NCBI GenBank assembly: GCA_965208575.1
Contig: CBDBOV010000004.1
Span: forward strand, 160,001 to 224,000
DNA: 64,000 bases
Source of the DNA: Spirochaetia bacterium
GTDB lineage: Bacteria; Spirochaetota; Spirochaetia; SZUA-6; Bin103
Reading direction: 5' to 3'
The translations under genes were made by a program, and so were the position numbers. The notes under the pieces are model-generated. The model had not been told where the DNA came from, did no database searches, and saw nothing but the letters and a program-made list of their open reading frames with translations. Below are positions 10,401-19,541 of this stretch, piece after piece; the first letter of the stretch is position 1; each line of letters begins with the position of its first letter.

Positions 10401-11835
10401 CGGCGTGGTCGCGGCGGACATCGAGCTTGAAGAAGCGGACGCGAGCGTCATCAACGAGCTGATCCGCGACTCGCCGATCAGCGTGGAGTCGGGGCGTGCT
10501 ACCGGCACCGCGCGTGTGGCGGGCCCCCTCAACGATCCCGACATGTGGGGCCGGCTGCGCGTAACCGGTGGCTCGGTGGCCTCGGCGTTGTCACCGCAGG
10601 TGATCGGACCGTTTACCGTCGACCTCAACCTGGACGAGAAGGCGGTGGCGATTTCCGGGTTTGCCTCGGAGAGCGCAACCGCGCTGCCGGTGACCCTGGG
10701 CGGAGGCGCGACGGTGGAACGCTGGATTCCGACCGTCTTTCGGCTGGAGCTGGCCACGACCGGAGCCGGCGGCGTGCCGATTGACTATCAATTCGGACCG
10801 GTGCTGTTCGACGGTTACGCGTCCGGCGCGATCACGGTGACCGGGGCGCCGGAGGGCGTGTCGGTCAGCGGTCGCGTCCAGGCCGTTCAGGGCGACATCT
10901 CCATCGCGGAGGTCACCGCGGGCGCAGGGCGGGCGGACCCGTTGCAGGTGGATCTGGCCATCGACACGGGCCGTAGCGTGGAGTTCACGTGGCCGACGGC
11001 GCAGTTTCCGATTCTGCGCGTGATGCTCGTTCCATCCGAGCAGGTGCGCATCGGCTACGATGGTCTGGCCGGCAGCTTCTCCGTGGACGGCACCGTCGAC
11101 GTGCGCAGCGGAGACCTGTTCTACTTCAATCGCCAGTTCCGTCTTCGCGATGGAAGCATCGGCTTCTCCGAGAACGAGGACCGCTTCGACCCACGGCTCG
11201 AGGTGCACGCCGAGACACGCGAGCGCGATGCGAACGGCGACCCGGTGCGGATCATGCTGAATGCCGAAACCACGCTCAGCCAGTTCAGTCCGGAGACGGT
11301 ACGGCTGGCATCCGATCCGCCGCAGAGCGCGCTCGCCCTCGATGCCTTGGTGCGAGATCCGCTGGCCGGCGAGAATGCCGACGTAACCGGCGGCGCGGGA
11401 GTGTCCGCCGCGGCGTTCTCCGGCGACCTGCTCGCTCAGGTGGCGTTGTTGCAGCCGGTCGAGCGGGCGCTGCGCGAAGCGCTCGGCGTCGACATGGTGA
11501 GCATCCGCTCGCCGTTCGTGCAGAACCTGGTGCTGGACGGACTGGCCACGCCTGCCGAGGACGGCTCGGCGGTCACGGTGGGGAATCCTCTTGACAACAC
11601 CTCCCTGTCTTTCGGAAAGTACCTGGGTAGTGACCTGTTTCTTACCATGCTGCTCCGGCTCGACGCTCCCGGGGACTCCTCCTCGAGCGAGCCGCCGTTG
11701 CTCTCCGATATCGAGCTAAGCCTGGAGTGGGCGACACCCTTTTTCATGTTGGAGTGGTCTTTCCTGCCGCGCAACGCGAATACGCTGTTTGTCACCGACA
11801 ATGCCATTACCTTGCGTTGGGGGTGGCGCTATTGA
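7432..11835 (+). CDS. tamB: Translocation/assembly module TamB-like protein (AsmA/DUF490 family)
   Basis: 1467 aa; N-terminal TM anchor, long beta-rich body, C-terminal FYFNRQF...FDPRL...LSFGKYLGSDLF...LEWATPFF...WGWRY; directly upstream of bamA. Confidence 0.8.
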   Translation: MSGRDRRSGSGPKWNPSLLEVCVLALIIAASGWGLHSLGNAIEGHLTGKREDTIANLLQTLDYDISYRDISPSLLRAFEIRDLAISSREAPDSPLVFIRHLRLRYSLSRLVTSRDPVAALREIQLVDSDFALDLEGDQGLGILLQALSAAVSGGAGASVPGELPPLNLAGANLGVVIEGRGTRVELRELYFRVRSGDRLRITASGSVAGLLSSTVSPALIGNEFLETEFRITGSAAADFSSVDATVRIPELTTSSFATAALTLQVTATDDVVQIVTARDRLPAEVLFTHDLASGRSELRIEAEDLQVADVARFNGPGRALDVLQGAAITGSGRWLQDPVAGARYEGDFSARIAAGGERPATELVVAASGNGERVVVSRLEARMERAGFQFVGDLLLDPLSPQGDLTVTAAPDLLGGAPLDARLTLRRNGSGIDVRTTRLTLGDVAVRGFQANLSPAGGGEARFRYQALLELEQDLANSIAGDGVLDLRSGARLEFSARFTDVAGGVLYRLAAAPDQRQPWLVTTLDPLLVSGMVSGSTDFAGVQLGRSTVRVLDRSERDTRLRFSIGRDDEEWLLDDLAAQWGGFRVRGDARVTTVEEGLAVAASFTVNDEPLFLQVMHRPGEGLTASGSHQLRVAAEYPAAGGITFSGAVSELPVPWAEEHPPLKTSMAFRGEVAASAEWSLRSDAVTVAGIPLLDRRGAELEFGFRASANGVSLEPIRLRDGDTELTGSGSLTYGGPHGAVAGRLLLVDAADHERYEVAASFQQGQLDGSAEIRGVPLARIGEFPIGGDLRASVQASGPMQALAWSAALNLERGRFNDEAVSLAANVDAAPGSLVVDQISFHLLSHRLSEGTLTYDRDSARAQFDADYVADYFGDPVTAHLRLAADDVQLGADGDLNAALAAGVRATLHTSALQVAGAPLDDWQLHLVVASSDAAPVGGERGTDVVVHFDGGPHEAFEGFISTLGQFQVRVRGEPYPLRGTATGSITGGVVAADIELEEADASVINELIRDSPISVESGRATGTARVAGPLNDPDMWGRLRVTGGSVASALSPQVIGPFTVDLNLDEKAVAISGFASESATALPVTLGGGATVERWIPTVFRLELATTGAGGVPIDYQFGPVLFDGYASGAITVTGAPEGVSVSGRVQAVQGDISIAEVTAGAGRADPLQVDLAIDTGRSVEFTWPTAQFPILRVMLVPSEQVRIGYDGLAGSFSVDGTVDVRSGDLFYFNRQFRLRDGSIGFSENEDRFDPRLEVHAETRERDANGDPVRIMLNAETTLSQFSPETVRLASDPPQSALALDALVRDPLAGENADVTGGAGVSAAAFSGDLLAQVALLQPVERALREALGVDMVSIRSPFVQNLVLDGLATPAEDGSAVTVGNPLDNTSLSFGKYLGSDLFLTMLLRLDAPGDSSSSEPPLLSDIELSLEWATPFFMLEWSFLPRNANTLFVTDNAITLRWGWRY

Positions 11836-11914
11836 CGCCGTATCGATTGACGCCGCATCGACTCGCCGACCGCACGGCACCGCTGGCCGCGTCGTCGCTG
11901 CGGAGACGCGGCCG

Positions 11915-14449
11915 ATGACCGGCGCCGGGACCCGGGGACCGGGGCGGCGCATCGCCGCGGCCGTGCTGGCGCTGCTGGCAGGCATCGGCCTCGTCGGTAC
12001 GCTGTATGCACAGTCGGGCGATGACTGGTATGTCGGCAAACCGATCGCCGACGTTCGGTTTGAAGGGTTGCGACACGCGGCCGAGTCGGACCTGCGCGAG
12101 ATTGTACGACCCTACGTGGAGCGCGAGTTCACCCTCGACCTGTTCTGGGAGCTACAGGGCAGGTTGTATGCAACCGACCTCTTCGAGAGCCTGGAGTCGA
12201 ATGCCGTGGCGGTCGACGATGAACAGTCGGCGGTGATCATCGAGTTCCTGGTTCAGGAACGGCCGGTGGTGGGAAGCGTGGACATGGTGGGCAACCAGCG
12301 TATCCGGGACTCGGAGCTGCTGGAGGTAATGGAGCTGTCGCGCGGCGACGTGTTCGACCCCATCAAGCTCGATGCCGACGAATCCGCCGTACGTGGATTG
12401 TACGTCACGAAGGGATATCCGGACGCCACGATCACCATCGACACGGTGCGCGACGACGAAGCCGGCGAGGTCGCCGTCATCGTGCAGGTGGTGGAGGGAT
12501 TCGAGGTGACGGTCGATGACATTCGCTTCGTCGGCAATGAATTCGCTTCCGAGAGCACCCTCAGGGGCCGCATGCGCACCAAGAAGCGCTCGCTGTTCGA
12601 GAGCGGCGCGTTCCGCGAGGTCACGCTGCAGGAGGACGAGGAGATCATCGAGTCGTACTATGCGTCGCATGGCTACGTCGACGCCGCCGTCGATCGCATC
12701 GAGCGCGAATTGGTTCTCGACGCCGATCAGCAGCGCCGCTCGCTGACCCTGACCATCTATCTCACCGAGGGCGAGCAGTACTCCTATGGCGGCATGTCGT
12801 TCGAGGGCAATGCGATCTTCTCCGACGACGAACTCAACGGCCTCGTCCGGCACGGGGCCGACCGCGAGGTGAACCGGGAAATCGTCGAAGCCGACTTCGT
12901 CCGTGTCCAGGACCGCTACTACGAGAACGGCTACATCTTCAACCTGTTCGAACTGTTCGCGGAGCGCAACGAGGATACCCGCCAGATCGCCTATCGCGTG
13001 GTCATTCAGGAGCGCGAGCGCGCGCACATCGAGAACATCGTGATCAGCGGCGCGGAGAAAACCAGGGATCACGTCATCCTGCGCGAGTTGCCGTTCGAAG
13101 TCGGCGACGTTTTCAACCGGACGGCGATCGTGCAGGGACTGCGCAACCTGTACAATACGCAGTACTTCTCGGTGGTAACGCCGGACACCCCACCCGGAAC
13201 CGCGGAAGGATTGATGGACGTGGTCATCACCGTCGAGGAACAGAGTACCGCGGACATCAATTTCGGCGTTACCATCGGTGGATCCGAGTTTCCGTTCGCC
13301 GGCACCGTGCGCTGGAACGAACGCAACCTGGGCGGTGGCGGGCAGTCCATCGGTGCGGGATTGGAGCTGTCGCCCATCAAGCAGTCCCTGACCTTCGAGT
13401 TTGTCGAGCCGTGGTTGTTCGGCGCACGCTGGTCGGGCGGCGTGAACCTCGGCCTCGAGCGCTCCGTGGTACGCGGCGTGCAGCAGGATGTCCTGCCGCC
13501 CATCTTCGACGATCCCGACCAGGCCGCGCCCGATCCGTACGATAGCCGGGAAGAGTGGGAACAGGCACGCGACGACGGCGAGCAGGTCTCCGGCCGCTAC
13601 GCCATGGAATACACCGAGTGGGACATCATCGTCGGAACCACGACCGCATACCGCATTCCCACCTCGCTCGGCATCGTGCGGTTCAGCGGTGGTCTGTCAT
13701 CCACCTTGCGATTTCTCACCTTCGATACGGCGATCTACCGGCCGTTCGAGAAGACGATCCGCGACGATCGGGAAAACTGGGTAATGGTGAACCGGATGGA
13801 TGTCGGCGTAGCCTGGGACGGCCGCGACATCTTCCTGAATCCCACCGAGGGCTGGCTGCTCTCGCAGGGCGCCTCGTTTACCGGCGGGTTCCTGTTCGGT
13901 GACCGCCACTTCATTCGCCTCAACAGCCGCGCCGACGGCTTTGTCACGTTGGTGCGTGCCCCGGTGTTTGCCGATTGGGATCTCCAGATCGTGTTGGGCA
14001 CACACTCGGGATTCTCCGTTATCCTGCCGCAATTCTGGGTGCCGGCGGGCGAGCGACACCTGGCTACCGACCGCCATACCGATCTGCTCGCGCTCGACGG
14101 CATCCGCGTGGCTCGCGGTTGGGACACCGTGCGCGGGGGACGCGCGCGTTGGGAGAACTCCGCCGAGGTGCGGGTGCCGATCGACCCGAGACTGCTGTGG
14201 GCCGTCATGTTCGCGGATGCGGCGGTGCTGTGGCCGGAGCTGGAAGATATCGCGGCGACTTCGCTTGAGGACTTCCACTTCAGCCTCGGTGCGGGACTTC
14301 GATTCGCGATCCCGCAGTTTCCGATTCGGCTCTACTTTGCGAACACGTTCAAGATCGTCGATGAGCCGGCGGCCCCCAATGAGACCCTCGACCTGTTCAG
14401 CCTCGACGAGTGGAAGTTCGTGATCTCTCTCGGAGGGGATGTCTTCTAA
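11915..14449 (+). CDS. bamA: Outer membrane protein assembly factor BamA
   Basis: Signal peptide; POTRA repeats (IADVRFEGL, VGNQRI, FVGNEF, FEGNAIF, IENIVISGAEKTRDHVILRE); ERNLGGGGQ; RGW; terminal Phe. Confidence 0.95.
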   Translation: MTGAGTRGPGRRIAAAVLALLAGIGLVGTLYAQSGDDWYVGKPIADVRFEGLRHAAESDLREIVRPYVEREFTLDLFWELQGRLYATDLFESLESNAVAVDDEQSAVIIEFLVQERPVVGSVDMVGNQRIRDSELLEVMELSRGDVFDPIKLDADESAVRGLYVTKGYPDATITIDTVRDDEAGEVAVIVQVVEGFEVTVDDIRFVGNEFASESTLRGRMRTKKRSLFESGAFREVTLQEDEEIIESYYASHGYVDAAVDRIERELVLDADQQRRSLTLTIYLTEGEQYSYGGMSFEGNAIFSDDELNGLVRHGADREVNREIVEADFVRVQDRYYENGYIFNLFELFAERNEDTRQIAYRVVIQERERAHIENIVISGAEKTRDHVILRELPFEVGDVFNRTAIVQGLRNLYNTQYFSVVTPDTPPGTAEGLMDVVITVEEQSTADINFGVTIGGSEFPFAGTVRWNERNLGGGGQSIGAGLELSPIKQSLTFEFVEPWLFGARWSGGVNLGLERSVVRGVQQDVLPPIFDDPDQAAPDPYDSREEWEQARDDGEQVSGRYAMEYTEWDIIVGTTTAYRIPTSLGIVRFSGGLSSTLRFLTFDTAIYRPFEKTIRDDRENWVMVNRMDVGVAWDGRDIFLNPTEGWLLSQGASFTGGFLFGDRHFIRLNSRADGFVTLVRAPVFADWDLQIVLGTHSGFSVILPQFWVPAGERHLATDRHTDLLALDGIRVARGWDTVRGGRARWENSAEVRVPIDPRLLWAVMFADAAVLWPELEDIAATSLEDFHFSLGAGLRFAIPQFPIRLYFANTFKIVDEPAAPNETLDLFSLDEWKFVISLGGDVF

Positions 14450-15002
14450 CAGGCTGTGGCGGACCGGCCGCCTGCTGCGGCGCCGGCTGGCGTTCGCTGT
14501 CCTGCTGGCAGCCGCCGGCAGCGCGCCGGCACAGCAGTTGATCACCAACATCGGGCTGGTCGACCTGCAGGCCGTCACGACGGCATACTTCCGCGAGTCC
14601 ACCGCGGTGCGCGACCTGTATGCGGAGCGTGATCGTGTGCAGGCGGAGCGCGGGCGGCTGGAAGCTCGGATTCTCGAACTGGAGGCGCGCAGGCTGCGCG
14701 CGCAGCAGGAGGGCCGCGAGCAGGAAGCGCTGCGAATCGGCGATCAGGTCTTCACGCAGAAGCAGCACCTGCGCGACTTCGTGTCGGTCATGAACCGGCA
14801 ACTGAGTCACCGGGAGGCGTTGCTCACGGAGTCGGATGCTTTCCTCGGCGAGCTTGCCGACGCGATCGAGTACGTGGCGGAGAGCCGTGGCCTGTCGCTG
14901 GTGCTGGACAAGAACAACGTGACGCTGCTCTACTTTCTGCCCGAAATCGACATCACCGAGTTGGTGATCGCTGAGCTCGGGCGGCGCGCCGGACGCAACT
15001 GA
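14439..15002 (+). CDS. skp: OmpH/Skp periplasmic chaperone
   Basis: Signal peptide, IGLVDL, coiled coil, AIEYVAESRGLSLVLDK...DITELVI; follows bamA. Confidence 0.88.
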   Translation: MSSNRLWRTGRLLRRRLAFAVLLAAAGSAPAQQLITNIGLVDLQAVTTAYFRESTAVRDLYAERDRVQAERGRLEARILELEARRLRAQQEGREQEALRIGDQVFTQKQHLRDFVSVMNRQLSHREALLTESDAFLGELADAIEYVAESRGLSLVLDKNNVTLLYFLPEIDITELVIAELGRRAGRN

Positions 15003-15009
15003 GCCGGGC

Positions 15010-15465
15010 GTGGCGAGGATCCTGGGCCTGGATGTCGGCTCCCGTCGTGTCGGCGTCGCGCTGAGCGATGCCACGCGCAGCATCGCAGCGCCGTACGCCA
15101 CCATTACCCACCGCGGCGTGCGCCGGCTGGTGGCCGAACTGGTCGCCGTGTGCCACGTGGAGCAGGTTTCGGAGGTGGTAATCGGCATCCCGCGCCAGGC
15201 CGACGGCCGCGCCGGAACTGCCGCACGGCTGCCGAAGCGGGTCGCGGAGGAGTTGCGCCACGCGGGATACCAGGTCGATCTCTGGGACGAGCGCGGCACG
15301 ACGGTGGACGCCCGCCGGCTGCTGGCCGGCAACGTGCCGGCGCGACGCGCACGCGCACGGGGCATGGTGGACCGGATTGCCGCGGCCCTGATCCTGCAGT
15401 CATACCTGGAGGCCGTCCCTCAGCGGGGCTCGGGAGGCGCCGCTCCCCCGGACCGCAGCGGCTGA
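15010..15465 (+). CDS. yqgF: YqgF/RuvX pre-16S rRNA nuclease
   Basis: ILGLDVGSRRVGVALSD, VVIGIP, WDERGTT, VDRIAAALILQSYL. Confidence 0.93.
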   Translation: MARILGLDVGSRRVGVALSDATRSIAAPYATITHRGVRRLVAELVAVCHVEQVSEVVIGIPRQADGRAGTAARLPKRVAEELRHAGYQVDLWDERGTTVDARRLLAGNVPARRARARGMVDRIAAALILQSYLEAVPQRGSGGAAPPDRSG

Positions 15466-15478
15466 CGCCGGCGCTCCG

Positions 15479-18160
15479 ATGGCCAAGGAACCCACCCCGA
15501 TGATGGTCCAGTACCGGGCGCTGAAGAACCGCCATCGGGACGCCATCCTCTTCTTTCGGCTGGGCGATTTCTACGAAATGTTCGACGCCGACGCCAGGGA
15601 GGCTGCCGAGTTGCTGGACATCGCCCTCACGCAGAGAAACGGCATGCCGATGTGCGGCGTGCCTCATCACTCCGCGCGCTCCTACATCGCCCGCCTGCTC
15701 AAGGCGGGACGCCGGGTGGCGGTATGCGAACAGACCTCGCTCCCGAGCGCCGGCAAGGGCATCGCGCGCCGCGAAGTGGTGGAGGTGGTCACGCCCGGGA
15801 CCGTGCTCGACGAGGAGTTGCTCGATGGTGGCAGCAACAACTTCCTGGTCGCCGTCGGTTGCATGGCGGGCCGTGGCGGCGACCGTCGGGCAGCGGAGGG
15901 CAAGGTAGCGCTGGCCGCGCTCGACCTGTCGACCGGCGAATTCCGCGCCACGGCGTTCGCGCTCGCCGACGCCGCCGCGCGCCTGGCAGATGAATTGGCG
16001 CGGCTGGCTCCGCGCGAGCTGCTGGTGCAGGAGTCGCTGCTGGACGACTCGCCGCCGGTCGCGCGCGCCATCCATCAGCACATTCCGCGCTCGACCGTCG
16101 TGCAGCGGTATCCTGACTGGCAGTTCGACGTTGCCGGCGGCGCTGAAACGCTGTGCGAGTTGTTCGGCGTAACCAACTTGAAAGCGTTCGGCCTGCGCCT
16201 CGACTCGCCCGAGCTGGCTCCGGCCGGGTTGCTGGTGAGCTTCGCCCGCCAGACGGCTCGACACAGCCTCGCTCACCTTGAGGGTATCCACGTTTACGGC
16301 CGCGACTCGTTCGTCACGCTGGACGAAACCGCGCAGCGCAGCCTGGAGCTGGTACGCAACCTGGAGGACGGCTCGCGGGAACGGACGCTGCTCGCCGTCC
16401 TGGACCACACCCGCACGCCGATGGGCGCCCGCCTGCTGCGCCGCGCGATCCTGGAACCGTTGTGCGACCGGAACGCGATTGCCGCTCGGCTTGACGCGGT
16501 AGAATCACTGTTCCGGCGACAGCACCTGCTCACCGCGGTGCGCGAGCGGCTGCGCCGGATCTCCGACCTGGAGCGGCTGGCGGGGCGGGTGGCACTGGCG
16601 CGCGCCCATCCCCGAGATCTGCGCGCCATCGCCGACAGCGTACGCGCCGCCGCGGAGGTCTCCCGTGTTCTGATTGACGGCGGCGCGGAGGCGCTCGCCG
16701 CTCCATTGACGGCCGCGGCCGGCGCCGCGGAACAGGTCGCCGCACTGGTCGAAGAAGCGGTAGTGAACGAACCGCCGTTGTCAATCAATGATGGTGGAAT
16801 CATACGTGCGGGTTACGATGCGGAGCTGGACCGCGTGCGAGCGGTCCATGAAGACGCCGAGACCGTGCTGCACTCCTATCTTGAGGAGGAACGCGAGCGG
16901 TCCGGCATCGCAACGCTGCGGCTGCGCCACAACCGTGTTCTGGGGCGATTCCTGGAGGTTACCCGCGCTCAGGCAGCGCGCGTGCCCAGCCACTTCGTGC
17001 GCCGGCAATCGCTCGTTGCGGGCGAACGCTTCACCACCGAACGCCTGGCCCAGCTCGACAGCGAAATCAGCGCGGCCGGCGAGCAGATCCGGGAGCTGGA
17101 GCGGGACCGCTTCCTCGCGCTCAGGCAGCAGGTGACCGGCTCCGTACCCGCGCTGCTGGCGCTCGCCCGCGTGCTCGCCGGCGTGGACCTGGCGCACGGC
17201 CTCGCATTGGCTGCGACTACCGGCGGCTACACGCGGCCCGAACTGGCCGAGCCTGGCAGCGGCATCCGCATACGGGAAGGCCGCCACCCGGTGGTGGAGG
17301 CCATGCTGCCGGCCGGAGCGTTCGTGCCGAACGATCTTCACCTGGATCCCGGCGCCACGCGGTTCGTGCTGCTTACCGGACCCAACATGGCGGGCAAGTC
17401 CACCTATCTCCGGCAAACCGCGCTTATCGTTCTGCTTGCGCAGATCGGCTCCTTCGTACCGGCGGAGGAGGCGCGCATAGGGATTGTGGACGGCGTCTTC
17501 TGCCGCGTGGGGGCGAGCGACAACCTCACGCGCGGCGAGTCGACATTCCTGGTGGAGATGAACGAGACGGCGCGGATCCTGCGCGCGGCAACGGATCGCA
17601 GTTTCATCATCCTGGACGAGATCGGGAGGGGCACCAGCACCGAGGACGGGCGCGCCATTGCGTGGGCGGTATGCGAGCACCTGCTGGGTGTGGTGCGGGC
17701 GCAGACGCTGTTTGCCACCCACCTGCGCGAACTTACCGAGATTCGTCACCCGCACGCCGCCAACTACTCGATGCAGGTGGAGGATGACGGCGGCGAGGTG
17801 GTATTTCTGAAGCGGGTGGCGGCCGGCGCCGCCGACCAGTCGTACGGCGTGCACGTTGCCGCTCTCGCCGGCGTGCCCGACGCAGTCGTGGCGCGTGCGC
17901 GCGAGTTGCTGCGCGAGCCCGCCGCCGGATCCGGCGCCGCCTTCGGGGCCGGTGCGTCGGCTGCCGTCGCGGCGCGCGCGTCCGACACCGACGCGGAACC
18001 GGAACCGCCCGCTTCCGTATTTCGCCAGGGTGCGCTGTTCTCGTCGCACGAACTGGTCGGCCGGGCGGTGGCGGCGCTGGACGTGGACGCCACCACGCCG
18101 CTGGACGCGTTGCGGCTCCTGGCGCGCTGGCAGCGCGAACTGCGCCGGGACCAGCCGTGA
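15479..18160 (+). CDS. mutS: DNA mismatch repair protein MutS
   Basis: TPMMVQY, FRLGDFYEMF, GRHPVVE, TGPNMAGKSTYLRQ, GESTFLVEM, LDEIGRGTST, FATH, SYGVHVA. Confidence 0.98.
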   Translation: MAKEPTPMMVQYRALKNRHRDAILFFRLGDFYEMFDADAREAAELLDIALTQRNGMPMCGVPHHSARSYIARLLKAGRRVAVCEQTSLPSAGKGIARREVVEVVTPGTVLDEELLDGGSNNFLVAVGCMAGRGGDRRAAEGKVALAALDLSTGEFRATAFALADAAARLADELARLAPRELLVQESLLDDSPPVARAIHQHIPRSTVVQRYPDWQFDVAGGAETLCELFGVTNLKAFGLRLDSPELAPAGLLVSFARQTARHSLAHLEGIHVYGRDSFVTLDETAQRSLELVRNLEDGSRERTLLAVLDHTRTPMGARLLRRAILEPLCDRNAIAARLDAVESLFRRQHLLTAVRERLRRISDLERLAGRVALARAHPRDLRAIADSVRAAAEVSRVLIDGGAEALAAPLTAAAGAAEQVAALVEEAVVNEPPLSINDGGIIRAGYDAELDRVRAVHEDAETVLHSYLEEERERSGIATLRLRHNRVLGRFLEVTRAQAARVPSHFVRRQSLVAGERFTTERLAQLDSEISAAGEQIRELERDRFLALRQQVTGSVPALLALARVLAGVDLAHGLALAATTGGYTRPELAEPGSGIRIREGRHPVVEAMLPAGAFVPNDLHLDPGATRFVLLTGPNMAGKSTYLRQTALIVLLAQIGSFVPAEEARIGIVDGVFCRVGASDNLTRGESTFLVEMNETARILRAATDRSFIILDEIGRGTSTEDGRAIAWAVCEHLLGVVRAQTLFATHLRELTEIRHPHAANYSMQVEDDGGEVVFLKRVAAGAADQSYGVHVAALAGVPDAVVARARELLREPAAGSGAAFGAGASAAVAARASDTDAEPEPPASVFRQGALFSSHELVGRAVAALDVDATTPLDALRLLARWQRELRRDQP

Positions 18161-18876
18161 GCGCGGCCGGTTCGCAGCGCATCGTCGCCGCGGTACTGGA
18201 CGTGCTGTTTCCTCAGGCCTGCGGCGGCTGCGGCGGCGAACTCCCGACCGGGGCCGGCGCGGTGCCGCTGTGCGGCCGCTGTCGAGGCGTGCTCGGCGGC
18301 GAGCAGCGCCGCCTGCGCGACCACTGCCCGCGCTGTGGCGCGCCGGTAATGCGGGAGCAGGACGTCCCGTGCCTGCGCTGCCGCGCCCGCGACCTGGCGT
18401 TTGCTTCGCATGAAGCGCTGTTCGACTACCGCGGCCTGGCCCGCGAACTGGTGCGGCAGTTCAAGTTCTCCGGGCGCACCGGCCTGGCGCGCCTGTTCGC
18501 CGAGTTGCTCGCGGTGCGCGTTGAAGCCGCCTATCGCGGCTGCGTGGTGGTGCCGGTGCCCGCGCGTGGCGGGCGGGTGCGCCGCCACGGCTACGACGCG
18601 GTCGACCTGGTGGTCCGGCAACTGCAGACCACCCACCGGTGTTGCGTCCGGCGGTTGCTGCACCGGCGCGGCGGCCGCCAGCTCAAGGGTCTCGGGCGGG
18701 CCGACCGGCAAGCCAGCATCGCCGGCCGGCTGCGCCTGACCCACCCGCCGCCGAGGCGTGCACTGCTCCTGATCGACGACGTGTATACCACCGGCGCCAC
18801 CGCGCACGAGTGCGCCGCCGTCCTCGTCGCCGGCGGCGCTCCGGAGGTGCGCGTGCTGACCCTTGCACAGGACTGA
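18157..18876 (+). CDS. comF: ComF family protein (zinc ribbon + PRTase fold)
   Basis: LFPQACGGC, CGRC, CPRC, CLRC zinc-binding pairs; VVPVP; LLLIDDVYTTGAT. Confidence 0.9.
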   Translation: MSAAGSQRIVAAVLDVLFPQACGGCGGELPTGAGAVPLCGRCRGVLGGEQRRLRDHCPRCGAPVMREQDVPCLRCRARDLAFASHEALFDYRGLARELVRQFKFSGRTGLARLFAELLAVRVEAAYRGCVVVPVPARGGRVRRHGYDAVDLVVRQLQTTHRCCVRRLLHRRGGRQLKGLGRADRQASIAGRLRLTHPPPRRALLLIDDVYTTGATAHECAAVLVAGGAPEVRVLTLAQD

Positions 18877-18951
18877 ACCGGCTCCCGCCGGGACGCTGCG
18901 CGGGCGCGCATCGTCAGCGCATCCCGGCGGTTCGAATTGCGCGTTCCTGGG

Positions 18952-18980
18952 TTGACAGCCGGGCACGCATGGGCTAGTTT
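18952..18980 (+). promoter_or_regulatory. Sigma70-type promoter for rimP-nusA-infB
   Basis: TTGACA (18952-57), 17-nt spacer, TAGTTT (18975-80). Confidence 0.6.
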
Positions 18981-19008
18981 ACTGGTAGCACTCTAAGGCA
19001 AGTGAGCG

Positions 19009-19036
19009 AGGAGTCGGTCGTACGGCTCCTTTTTTT
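19009..19036 (+). terminator. rimP-leader intrinsic terminator/attenuator
   Basis: Stem AGGAGTCG/CGGCTCCT (one G-U pair), 6-nt loop, then T6; lies between the promoter and rimP. Confidence 0.7.
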
Positions 19037-19537
19037 ATGCAGAGCATGCTTCCCTATGGCACGGCACAGGACAGGTTGGAACGGCGTCTCTGGTCGGTGC
19101 TGGAACCGGTCATCAACGCGGCCGGGTTCCAGTGCGTCGACTTGCAGCTACAGCGCAACCGGCGGGCGCAACGTCTCGGGGTGATCGTGTATCGCGCCGA
19201 TGGTGTGGACGCCGCATCCCTGGAATCCCTTGCGCGGGAGATTCACTTCCAATTGCCGCTCATCGGCGACGCTCCGGGAACCGACCTCGCCGACGTTACC
19301 CTGGAGGTGAGTTCTCCGGGAGTGGATCGTGTCCTGCGTGCGCCGCGCGAGTATGCGATCTTCACCAGCAAGGCGGTTCGAGTCCTGCGCGGCGACGCAA
19401 CGGAGTGGGAGGCGGCCGTGATCGTTTCCTCGGTGGGAGAGACCGTGACCCTGCAATTCGACCGCGGCGAGGAGACGGTTCCGATTGCGACCATCCGGCG
19501 AGCCCAACTCACCGGCGCTGAGAGAGGGAGTACCTGA
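19037..19537 (+). CDS. rimP: Ribosome maturation factor RimP (start 19037 or 19046)
   Basis: LEVSSPGVDRVL motif; upstream of nusA. Confidence 0.9.
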   Translation: MQSMLPYGTAQDRLERRLWSVLEPVINAAGFQCVDLQLQRNRRAQRLGVIVYRADGVDAASLESLAREIHFQLPLIGDAPGTDLADVTLEVSSPGVDRVLRAPREYAIFTSKAVRVLRGDATEWEAAVIVSSVGETVTLQFDRGEETVPIATIRRAQLTGAERGST

Positions 19538-19541
19538 GCAC

